Program-made: the position numbers and the translations under genes
Shown here: piece by piece, positions 51,121-62,080 of the stretch
How positions within the stretch are numbered: the stretch's first letter is position 1
How the letters are laid out: every line of letters starts with the position of its first letter
The notes under the pieces: model-generated
Told to the model about the DNA's origin: nothing
The model's database searches: none
The model's input: only the letters and a program-made list of their open reading frames with translations
NCBI RefSeq assembly: GCF_044704955.1
Contig: NC_091990.1
Location: 135,718,001 to 135,782,000, forward strand
Source: Pristiophorus japonicus
Lineage: Eukaryota
DNA length: 64,000 nucleotides
Direction of reading: 5' to 3'

Positions 51121-52455
51121 TTTGCTGCCTTCAAAAAACTTGAAATGTTTTTGGAGTGTGCCCCATCCCCCTTAATCAGGGGGCACCTGATTAATGTTTG
51201 CAACAAAATAGTTGTAAAGGTGTTGAAACCTGGGGGGTGCAGCAGGTCCGCCATGCGGGTCTGCCTGTCTTTTACCGAGAACTCATCAGGGTCTGGAACA
51301 GAGTCGCCATCAAGCGCAGTTCTCCCCCGTCTGGAGTGGCGGCTATCCTTCGGGAGCCGCTGCTCAGGAATCCGTACCCCCATGTTTTAGGTGGTAGGCG
51401 GATGAGAGGGCTGTGTTTGTCAAGGTGATAAGGGTCAGGGACCTGCTCAATGGCGGAGGAGAGGGCTGGATGGCTGAAGAGCTGGCACAGTGTCCATTCT
51501 GGGCCGCGTCCGGCGCGTGGCCAATGGCATCGAGTCGCTAAAAGCAGCACTGGGCCCTGACTCCGGTGTGTCGAGAAGGCTCAAGCACGTAGGGAGATCC
51601 CGTCTGAACTGACCCCAGTCCAGACGAATTCCTCATCGGCGCCAAGCCCCGAAACCTTCCTCGGGAGCCGGCACCTCACAACTTGAGCCTCCTCGAGGAA
51701 ATCCCCTCCGTGCCTTTCAGTTCTGCGTGGGCTGCTCTTGCACACTCTTCATTTTGTCATCCTTGCCTGCCGTCCGGACACGCCATGGTGCACCATCTTG
51801 CCGTCCGGAAGAGGCGGGGGTCCCCAATGGAGTGCTCTCTACACGGGAGTCCTCCCTTTATTTATTGGGTACTTGACCTGGAGGGTGTTGCACGGTGCAG
51901 TTCCATGCAATAAGTTTTTAAGTCGGTTCACGGACTCCTCGGCCGCCTGTTATTTCTGTGGTCTGGAGGAGTCCGTGTTGCATGTTTATGTTGTATTTGT
52001 GAGGTTGCAGCCCCTCTTCCAATATTTGAAGGGGCTGCTCCTCAAATTCTGGTTGCACTTCTGTCCCACATTCCTGATCTTTGGGCACCCTGTGCGGAGG
52101 GGAGTTGGCAAGTCGGAAGGCCTCCTTGTCGGACTGCTCCTGGGCGTGGCCAAGGTGTCCATCAACCGGTCCAGGCAGCGGGCGGTCGAGGGGGTCATTC
52201 AGCCCGACTGCCTGCCTCTCTTCCGCGGTTACATCCGAGCCAGGGTGTCCCTAGAGATGGAGCACACGTTGTCCACCAGGATGCTCACGGTTTTCCGCGA
52301 AAGTGGGTGCCGGAGGGACTGGAGTGCATCATCACCCCCGGCAACCAAATTTTAAGTTGATCCATTACGTCCAAAGTTTAATTGGTTTAATTTGTTGGGT
52401 TTAGTGTTGTCCTTTAATCAGGGGGCACTTGATTTACTGTTCAACTTTAAAATAG

Positions 52456-52694
52456 TTGTGGAGCTGTTGAGTTAGGAGTGGCTTAGCTAGTCATGTGATG
52501 TTCACAAGTCTCAATAAAACCCCAGCCAGTTGGGTTAAGTGATCCATGATGAGGCAGATAGTTGTGAGCCTGGTGGATGAACTGGTAATGTGCAGTGTGA
52601 TTGTTAAATCTTTGCTAATAAACCAACTAGTTCTTAATAGCAATGTATTGCTATGAATTCTTCAGCAAAGAACCCATAAAGCAAATATATTACA
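52456..52694 (+). mobile_element. 3' part of a short LTR, the apparent host of the Tx1-like array
   Basis: Colinear with the reverse complement of 55487-55710; ends ..AAATATATTACA. Confidence 0.85.
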
Positions 52695-53410
52695 GTGTGT
52701 ATCAGAGTTTGTGTTGATATTTATTGTGCTGGACTCAAAGAAACCTTTCAAGATTGTAATTATTACTTTTATTTCCTTACAAAATTAGCACCACAGGAGT
52801 AAAGCTAGTAATAGTTGTTTTAACAAACATAGCACCAAAATTATATTTGCAAGCAGACCCTTTAAAACTTATTTGTGCAACAAATGTTACACTTAAAGCA
52901 GTAACACCAAAGAATCATTGGAGCTAAAATGACAAAATAGCTACAGATCAAACAAACTTCCTCGGTTTCTGCACAGTAGGCTTTTTAATGATGGTTCCTG
53001 TTTATACAATAGTGTTTATTGCACTTTAAATGTGTCTTACACTGGCCTACTGTATTCTGAGAATCTTCTGCAATTTACAACATAGTAGCATCATTAGACC
53101 ACATGGCATTTCTATTAGATCTTTTGTTAAATAAGAAAATGAACATAGTTTTATTTAGCAAGAAAGAATTCAAGCTTGGTGCAAGCAGGCAATACATTGC
53201 TAATGCAGAGTTGGCTTTTGACCCACTATTTGTTTTATGCTGCGTATATAATCCATACAATGATGTCTGATATCTTTGTACAATAATAAGTCTAAAATAA
53301 GCTAGATTTTAGAATGCATAAATATTTCTATGACCCCCAATGTTAAATTCTAAAATGTTGCATTGTCAATCATTTCAAAGTCTAGAATTACTGCAGAAAA
53401 TCTTGCAGTT

Positions 53411-54970
53411 TCAATCAAACAGTCGCTTCAGAAAGCTCTTCTTCATTGGCGTCCTTTTCAGTATTGCTGGGGATTTCTTACGCGGGGATTTTATTGGCGT
53501 TCGCTTTATCTGTTTTTTCTTCTGTGGAGTTTGAATTCCTCTGTCAATATGATGCTCATTGCAAAAATACTTTGTGTTCTCCTGAGAAAACTGAATCAGT
53601 TGTGATTCTGAGAGATCCATGCACTGGGCATGTACCCAGTGCCCATTATCTCCTCCATTGGAGCAAAAGATCATAGCAGGTTTATTGAGCTCTGTGGAGT
53701 AATAAGGCACCCAGATGTTGATATTCATATTACAGGTGGCACTGCATTTAATCCAGTAACCTTCCTCATCACCATTATCCAAGTTCTCTACATCATCAGA
53801 GCCATCAGCTTGCACTTCAAAGTGAAATTCTTCTGAATCTTCAAATGTGCTGCACTCCTCCGGATCAGTAAAGGATTCCTGGCTGGCAGAAACTTGGCTT
53901 TCTTCCTCTAAATGTCCAAAATTTGCTACATAGAAGTAGTTTGCCTCAGCTGTATCTTGCTTGTTTTCTCCAGGAATGCCGATTAACACTGTACTATTTC
54001 CCATGTCACTACCAAACCAGGTTTTGCTTGCTTTAATATCATTGGCCCATGCTGGGGGCTCCTTTTCCAAAATCTGAATGTTGTCATTCTCCAAAATGAT
54101 GGTGTTACAAATCATTCGCTTCTGGCTGTCGGATTCATAACCACCAACAATTATGAATTCATCTTTACCAGTCTGGGTCACTATTGCACTTGATACAGAG
54201 ATACCACCCTGCAGTATTGCACAGTTTACGCTTGGATAGTTCCCTAACAGATTAACATTTAGACTAAGCAATCTTGTAGGGCGATGATTGGTTTCAATGG
54301 AATGCCCACCTAATATGTAGACAGTGTCATTTTTTGCAATGGAGACATGGAATGAAAACCCATCTTCTATTTCTGGAAGCATGTGGGATGTGCAATGGCC
54401 GGTGTTTATATCAATCAGAAAAACCTGTGGAAAACAATCCTCTACACTGTTCCAGTTTTCTGTGGTTCTTTGCCCTGGAGGCCGGTAACATCTACCCCCA
54501 AACAAGACACACGTGGTTTGTCCCTTGCTCTGAATCACACTGATGGTGTGACCGTATCTTCCTTGGGGGACATCTCCTTTTAAGTTTTTTTCAATGCAAC
54601 GAAGGGATGTTCTCTTGTTACCAACATTGCTGTCAACCATCATGAGGTAAAGTAAATTGTGCAATTCATTATTTGGAGCTCTCCCACCGTGAATGAGGTA
54701 AAACGGGCTCTTTGTTTCTGAGGGATCTGAGTAATGAGTTATTGCAGGGCAACGCAGCGGGGGAAGATAGCATGAGTCAGACGAGAATGAAACGGCTTTC
54801 AGTTTGAGAATGTGATCTTTGAGATGAAGAAGAAAAACACCTGTACAGCAGGATCTTTTAGGCCACCCTTTCTGGCCGAAAAGAAAGATTTCACCATGAA
54901 AATTCAATAAGGAGAATCCCGGACGTATAAGGCCTGTATTGCTGCTATCTGAAACCATTTGTAGGGACAT
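53411..54970 (-). CDS. RAG2: V(D)J recombination-activating protein 2
   Basis: MSLQM.., GQKGWPKRSC, kelch repeats, acidic hinge, PHD finger (GHWVHAQCMDL), TP CDK site, basic C-terminus; acceptor TTTCAG| about 27 nt before the ATG. Confidence 0.98.
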   Translation of the reverse strand: MSLQMVSDSSNTGLIRPGFSLLNFHGEIFLFGQKGWPKRSCCTGVFLLHLKDHILKLKAVSFSSDSCYLPPLRCPAITHYSDPSETKSPFYLIHGGRAPNNELHNLLYLMMVDSNVGNKRTSLRCIEKNLKGDVPQGRYGHTISVIQSKGQTTCVLFGGRCYRPPGQRTTENWNSVEDCFPQVFLIDINTGHCTSHMLPEIEDGFSFHVSIAKNDTVYILGGHSIETNHRPTRLLSLNVNLLGNYPSVNCAILQGGISVSSAIVTQTGKDEFIIVGGYESDSQKRMICNTIILENDNIQILEKEPPAWANDIKASKTWFGSDMGNSTVLIGIPGENKQDTAEANYFYVANFGHLEEESQVSASQESFTDPEECSTFEDSEEFHFEVQADGSDDVENLDNGDEEGYWIKCSATCNMNINIWVPYYSTELNKPAMIFCSNGGDNGHWVHAQCMDLSESQLIQFSQENTKYFCNEHHIDRGIQTPQKKKQIKRTPIKSPRKKSPAILKRTPMKKSFLKRLFD

Positions 54971-55486
54971 TGCTGCAGTGGGAAGCAGAGAGTACTTCTG
55001 AAAGGAAAATAAATATAAAATAATATTAGAAATGAAAGATTTAAAGCAAAATTAATGATCACAGATGAAGGAGAACTAACCACTCTACAACTCTTTGATA
55101 GTGTATAAATGCTACTTTTTGGCTATAATTTGTCTGATAAGTCAACGATTAAAAATGACCTTTTTATATTTCAAAATTCAATTACTTTGGGTTGATGAAA
55201 TCCTTTTACGTTGTTAAATGCTGAACACATTGCAGTTCATTGATTTAAAAACAAAGTCAATTATTTGTAATGCACAAACTGTAATTGCTCCCAACATTGT
55301 TACAGCAGGTGAGTTTCAATAAATCTTCATTCAGCCCACTTTGGTTCTTTTCAATTCCACCTCAGGATATGTTTCTGTTTTTGTGTATTGTTCTTTCTTT
55401 GGAACATTGGGGGTTGGGGGGGTGGGGGGTTGTAAAAATGACAATAAAACTCTCAAACTGTAGAGTCATGTTATTAAAGATCCTGA

Positions 55487-55730
55487 TGTAATGTATTTGC
55501 TTCATGGGTTCTTTGCTTAACAATTCATAGCAACACAGTTGGTTTATTAACAAAGGTTTAACAATCACACTACACATTACCCGATCACCCACTAGGCTCA
55601 CAACTGCATATCTCATCGTGGATCACCTAGGCTCAACTGACTGGGGTTTTACTGAGTCTTGTGAACATCACATGACTGGCTAAGCCACTGGCAATGCAAC
55701 AGCTCTACAAACCTGTGAGCATACATTACA
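55487..55730 (-). mobile_element. Solo LTR (244 bp) in the RAG2 intron, carrying the uninterrupted Tx1 target motif
   Basis: TGTAATGTAT..ATACATTACA ends; flanks CCTGA/CGTGA; another end fragment near 11077. Confidence 0.8.
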
Positions 55731-56459
55731 CGTGATATGGGTTGAACATGCATCAGCTGGCGACTACAGCCTAGAAATTGGCTTGCGGCAGCAGGCCAGT
55801 GCGAAATGGGTACAGAAAACAATCCCTGCACCGGGATGGGTAGATGAGGCTGACGAGCTGCAGATCCCTGCTGGACATCACTAGGCTCGCAGTCAAAGAG
55901 GATTTGAATTTCAGGCTGCTGTGTTGTAGGTAGCGGTCCTCGGGTAGGTCCTAGGAGAGGGGCAAGAGGAATCGTGGAGGGGGCAATGTAGAGAGCGGAG
56001 AATTGATTGGGAGGGAGGGGGGCAAACGGGGGAGGGGAGGAAGCTTTCAGGATGGAGGGGGGTGACTCAGAGAGGGGGAGGCAGTGATCGGGAAAGGGAA
56101 GGAGCTAATCGGGAGGAGGAGCCCAGCAGCAGCCTGTGGGTTTAATGTGGAGCTGGGAGGAGCCTGCCACATTGGAGTCTTAGGTGCCCGTTTCGCGCCT
56201 GCAAAGCAGCTATGGTTTATCGAATTTCTAGGTTCACTTGTCGACTGCAATTTGAAAAAAAATCAACTTTTAGCAATAAACAGTGATTTAAGTCTAAAAG
56301 TAGCATTCCTAGAAAACCTGTAACTTTAGATTGATTTTGCTTTAACATATGCTGTGTTGTCGCCTCTTAAGCGCGTACACACCTTTCCTGCAACTTCATT
56401 TTTACAAGTTTCTGCCTTGATACAGCTACAATCAAAGTCACAAATGACATATTCGGTGA

Positions 56460-57728
56460 CTGTGACATGGTACATTGTCCCTCCTCACCCTTCTTGACCA
56501 CTGTGTAACCTCTGACATGGTTGACTACACACTCCTACTCCAACGTCCCACCTTCATTGCCCAACTGATTGGGACAGCCCTCACTTGGTTTCACTCTTAA
56601 CTATCCAATCACCAGCAATGGTTTCTCGTCCAGCCCCACACCATTGCCTCTAAGTCCCCCAAGCATCTATTCTATTCTTGGCCACCTCCTCTTCCTCATC
56701 AATGTGCTGTCCCTCGGCGAAATCATCCGAAGATATAGCATCAGGTTTCACATTTTGCTAACAATACCCAGCTCTACCACTACACCACCTCTCAACCCCT
56801 GCTCTACCTCTGTGTTGTCAGTTTGCTTGTCTGACATCCAGTCCTGGATAAGCTGCAATTTTCCCTAGTTAAACAGTGGGAAGACCAAAGCCACTGTCTT
56901 CAGTCCCTTGCCACAAACTCCATTCCCTAGCCACCGATTACATCCCCATCTCTTGCCACTGCCTTTGGCTGAATCAAACTGTTTGCAACCTCATTGTCCA
57001 ATTTGACCCTGTGCTGAACTTTCAATCCCATATCCTCTCTATTATCAAGACCATTTACTTCCACCTCTTAATATCACCCTTCTCCGCCCCAGCCACAGCC
57101 CATCTGCTGCTGAAACCCTCATCCATGCTTTAATTACCTCCAGATTCGACTATGCTCTCCTTGCCAGCTTTCCATCTTCCACCCTCTGTAAACTTGAACT
57201 CATCCAAAACTTTGCTGCCTGAAACCTAACTCGCACCACGTCCATCCAGTTCATCCATCACCCTGTGCTCGCTGATCAATATTGGCTCCTGGTTCTGCAA
57301 CATCTCATCCCGGTGTTTAAATCCCTCCATAGCCTAGCCTCTCCATATCTTTGTAACCTTCTTCAGACCTACAACCCTCTGAGAACTCTAACTCCTCCAA
57401 TTTTGGCGTCTTGTAAATCCCCAATTGCCTTTATCCCAACATTGGCAGCCGTGCCTTCAGCTGTCTCGGCTCTAAGCTCTGGAATTTCCTTCCTAAACCT
57501 CTCTGCCTCACTACCTCTCTCCTCCTTTAAGAAAGAAAGACTTGCATTTATATATCGTGTTTCATGACCTCAGGACATCCCGATAGCCTTTCACAGCCAA
57601 TATAGTACCAAAGCTCCTTAAAACCTACCTCTTAGACCAAGCTTATGATCATCTGTTCTCTAATAGTGCTCCTATGAAGTGCCCTGGGACGTTTTCCTGC
57701 ATTAAAGGCACTATATAAATGCAAGCAA
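56460..57728 (+). mobile_element. Degenerate L2-type LINE 3' portion
   Basis: CLSDIQSWIS, LADQYWLLV and typical tail GCACTATATAAATGCAAG. Confidence 0.7.
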
Positions 57729-58409
57729 TGGGAAGATTGGTGTACAGTGGCCCAAACCTTGCTGGAGCAGTGCATCTTACTGCATGCGCCATTAGTTAGA
57801 CTTTTTCCTGCACCCTTCAGCTTGAAAATGTTTTGCCCTGTAAATGCGAGCTGATAACGGCACAAGGAGGGCAACAGGGCATCTGGGACTTTAGTGAATG
57901 ACGGTACCAACAGTGTATCTCCTTAACCAATGAGATTTAAGGATTGAGAAAGAAACAGAAATGACGGAGAAGGAAGGTGAATTAGAGTCAAATCAGGTAC
58001 AGAGAAAGAAATAGAGATGGAAAGAAAGATTGAATTAAGTGAGAGAGGAAAAAAGGAGACAGAAATGAAAAGAAAGAAAAAAATTATTATTTTTTTTTAA
58101 ATCTCCAGGATTATTTACTGCATACAGCTCTGAAGAGGTTGAGTGGCATTGCATTAACAATGATCACATAAGGGTACTTACGCTGTTAAGTACTATCCCT
58201 AACTTTCTGTGGCGAGTTTAATTTGAGGTTAATGTGCAAATCCAAAAAGTTCTTAAAAATAATGGGGAGGTTGAAGGCATGCTGCCGCCTGTGCGAGAAA
58301 AATGGCAGAAATCGACCAGCACGTCATGACGATTCGCAACTCATGGGCTATCTCCGCTTCGCCTGAACTTGCTGGCTGATTTTATATATATAGAATTATC
58401 TCAAATTTA

Positions 58410-59101
58410 GAGTCCAGAAGCAGGCCATTCGGCCCAACTGTTCTATGTCAGCCTTTATGCTCCACATGAGCCTCATCCCACTTTACTTCAACTAATCCTT
58501 TTAGCATATCATTTTATTCCTTTCTCCCCCATGCTTATCTAGTTTTCCTTTAAATGAATTATGCTTTTTGCCTCAACTACTCCTTGTGGTAGCAAGTTCC
58601 ACATTCTTTGGGTAAAGAAGTTGCTCCTAGAATTATAGAATGATACAGAACAGAAGGAAACTATTCAGCCCATTGTGCCGGTGCCAGCTCTTTACCTGTG
58701 GCCCTGAAACTTTTCCCGTCAAGTATTTATCCAATTCCCTTTTGGAAGTTACTATTGCATCTGCTTCCACCACACTTTCAGGCAGTGCATTCCAGATCAC
58801 AACAACTCGCTGCATAAAATGTAGGTTTCCTCATGTCGCCTCTGGTTCTTTTGACAATCACCTTAAATCTGTATCCTCTGGTTACCGAGCTTCATGATTT
58901 GCGCATCAATAACGGCGGTGAACAGGCAGCAGGAGCGTGCGGCAAACCAGTCCCACCCACTCTTCCCTCGACGAATGTCTGTCCCACCTGTGACAGGAAC
59001 TGTGGCTCTCATATTGGATTGTTCAGCCACCAAAGAACTCACTTCAGGAGTGGAAGCAAGTCTTCCTCGATTCCGAGGGACTGCCTACGATCATGATGAT
59101 G
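58410..59101. mobile_element. Cluster of CR1 3' fragments (-) and an RTE 3' tail (+, 58915-59101)
   Basis: QRVVVIWNALPESVVEA; GGACTGCCTACGATCATGATGATG tail. Confidence 0.7.
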
Positions 59102-59419
59102 AATTTGCCCATTATTTTGCCAGCACGATATGGACCGATATGTAAGAGTATAGATTGGTGTGTAATATGTAAGAATGGGGAGGCTGATGTATGAGTAAGA
59201 GTAAGAGTGACAGTGTATGAATGTGTACCAATGACAGTGCTCATCCTCTTATTCAAAGCTGGCTTGTTTACTATGGATTTGAATTTACAGCAAAACCACA
59301 TTTTAAACTGTATCTGCCGCGATATTTGTGGGATTAGTTATTCGGGAGCGCTAATAATAACATATTCAAGACTATGTGATGTTATAGGAGAATTACATGA
59401 CATATGTGCTTCCCTCCCT

Positions 59420-59644
59420 CCCTCTCACATTTGGTTGGGGAACCAAGGCCAGTAGGGAATGTTTCCTCGGGGGCCCAATTCCAATGGGAGGAAAGCGGCG
59501 CCTGGCTTTACGGGAGTTGTAGTTCCCCGGGTCCTGTTGGGCAGCGGGAGGGTGTGCACTACAACTCCCAGCGTGCGCAGCGCCGGACGCTCGGCGTTGC
59601 TAGGGACCAGGAGAAGGAGCGAGGCTGAAGACAGCGTCAGCCCA
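59420..59644 (+). promoter_or_regulatory. IFTAP: CpG-rich promoter with two inverted ZNF143 (SBS) motifs and candidate first exon of NWC/IFTAP
   Basis: GGGAGTTGTAGT (59512-59523), ACTACAACTCCCAGCGTGC (59558-59576), donor CA|GTAAGT at 59644/59645; position upstream of the RAG2 coding exon and on the RAG1 strand matches the NWC arrangement. Confidence 0.7.
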
Positions 59645-60259
59645 GTAAGTACAACCTGATCGAAGTGGCAGTGCTGAACCTCGCTACAACTATTTAACAT
59701 TCTAGCAACTGGTTCTTAACAGCAAGCTGTAACTTAGTGCGGTCCGTGCCATCTTAAACCCCTCGCCTGCAGCAACTCCTGCAGGAATACAGTCACCCGT
59801 GGGTGTCAGGCTGGCCTGGGGTGCCCACCCACACTCTCTGCCTACCCCGCACATGCACAGTGGCACCTGGAATAAGTACCAGAGGGCACCTGGTGCTAGT
59901 GGAACCATACCCGACTAGGAGCCTCTGCCACAGTTAAAGGGTATGACCCAGCCCAGATTCAATTTTTTGCAAAAAATCCCGTGGGTTGCAGTGAGCTCCA
60001 TGTGGTCGCTATCAGCCAGGAATCATCGTAGAATCATAATTTTACTGTACAGAAGGAGGCTTTTTTGGAAAATTATGCCTGTACTGGTTTTCTGAAAGAG
60101 AAATCCAGTTCCTCTCAGTTCCTTGCACTTTCCCTGGATCTTTTTTTTCTTTTTCAAATATTTATTTACTTTTTACCATTTAATGTATGTATCCTGTCTA
60201 TTCTTTTTACCAACATGTATCACCTTACATATCTCTATATTAGATTTCATCCAACATTC

Positions 60260-62080
60260 ATAGATAGAAATTTATAGCACGTAAAAGAGGCCATTTCAAC
60301 CCATCGTGTCCGCGCTCTTCGACAAAGAGCTATCCAGCCTAATCCCACTTTCCAGCTCTTGGTCTGTAGCCCTGTAGGTTACAGCACTTCAGGTGCATAT
60401 CCAAGTACTTTTTAAATGTGGTGATGGTTTCTGTCTCGACCATCCTTTGTTCCAGACCCCACCATCCTCGGGATGAGAACATTTCCCCTCAAATCCTCTC
60501 TAAACCCTCTACCAATTACTTTAAATCTATACCACTTGATTGTTGACCCCACTGCTAAGCGAAATAGATCCTTCTTATCTACTCTATCTAGGCCCCTCAT
60601 AGTTTTATACACCTGAAGTCTCTCCTCAGCTTCCTCTGTTCCAAAGAAAACAAACCCATCCTATCCAATCTTTCCTCATAACTAAAATTCTCCAGTCTAG
60701 GCAACATCCTAGTAAATTACCTCTGTACCCTCTCTAATACAATCACATCTTTCCTGTAATGTGGTGACCAGAACTGCACACAGTACTCTAGCTGTGGCCT
60801 AATTAGTGTTTTATACAGTTCAAGCATAACCTTCCTGCTCTTGGTTTCTATGCCTCGGCTAATAAAGGCAAGTATTCTGTATACTGAGTATAATGTTGGA
60901 AAGTGTGAGGTTATGCACTTTGGCAGAAAAAAAATCAAGGAGCAAGTTATTATTTAAATGGAGAAAGATTGCAAAGTGCTGCAGTACAGCGGGACCTGGG
61001 GGTCCTGGTGCATGAAACACAAAAGGTTAGTATGCAGGTACAGCAAGTGATCAGGAAGACCAATGGAATCTTGGCCTTTATTGCAAAGGGGATGGAGTAT
61101 AAAAGCAGGGCAGTCTTGCTACAGTTATACAGGGTATTAGTGGAATACTGCGTACAGTTTTGGTTTCCATATTTAAGAAAGGATATACTTGCTTTGGAGG
61201 CAGTTCAGAGAGGGTTCACTAGGTTGATTCCGGAGATGAGGGGGTTGACGTATGAGGAAAGGTTGAGTAGGTTGGGCCTCTACTCATTGGAATTCAGAAG
61301 AATGAGAGGTGATCTTATCGAAATGTATAACATTATGAGAGGGCTTGACGAGGTGGATGCAGAGAGGATGTTTCCACTGATAGGGGAGACTAGAACTAGA
61401 GGGCATAATCTTAGAATAAGGGGACTCCCATTTAAAACTGAGATGAGGAATTTCTTCTCTGAGGGTTGTAAATCTGTGGAATTCGCTGCCTCAAAGAGCT
61501 GTGGAAGCTTGGTCATTGAATAAACTTAAGACAGAGATGGACAGTTTCTTAAACGATAAGGGAATAAGGGGTTATGAGGAGCGGATGGGGAAGTGGACCT
61601 GACTCCATCATCGGATTAGCCATGATCGTATTAAATGGCGGAGCAGGCTCGAGGGGCCACATGGCCTTCTCCTGCTCTTATTTCTTATGTTCTTATACCT
61701 TCTTAATTACCTTATCTACCTGGCCTGCGACCTTCAGGGATCTGTGGACATGTACTCCAAGGTCCCTCTGATCCTCTACATTTCTCAGTGTCCTACCATG
61801 TATTCCCTTGCCTTGTTAATCCTCCCCAAATGCATTACCGCACACTTCTCCGGATTGAATACCATTTGCCACTGTTCTGCTCACCTGACCGGTTCATTGA
61901 TATCTTCCTGCAGTCTACAACTTTCTTCTTCATTATCAACCATATGGCCAAATTTTGAGTCATCTGCAAACTTCTTAATCAAACCCTACATTGAAGTTTA
62001 AATCAATGATATATATATACCACAAAAAGCAAGGGACGTAGTACTGAACCTTGTAGAAGCCCACTGGACATAAATCTATT
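60260..62080. mobile_element. CR1 LINE on - strand interrupted by a + strand CR1 (about 60885-61695)
   Basis: ORFs 60412..60938 (-) and 60969..61523 (+) both carry CR1 ORF2 C-terminal motifs. Confidence 0.8.

Larger units (their letters stand above)
37336..52455 (+). repeat. Tandem array of seven ~1.4-kb 3' fragments of a Tx1-like (L1 group) non-LTR retrotransposon
   Basis: Unit starts about 37336 (partial), 38433, 39835, 41202, 42596, 48634, 51226; each encodes ORF2 C-terminus LPVFYQELIRVW..CNFCGLEESVFHVFxEC zinc knuckle plus hairpin-rich 3' UTR. Confidence 0.9.
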
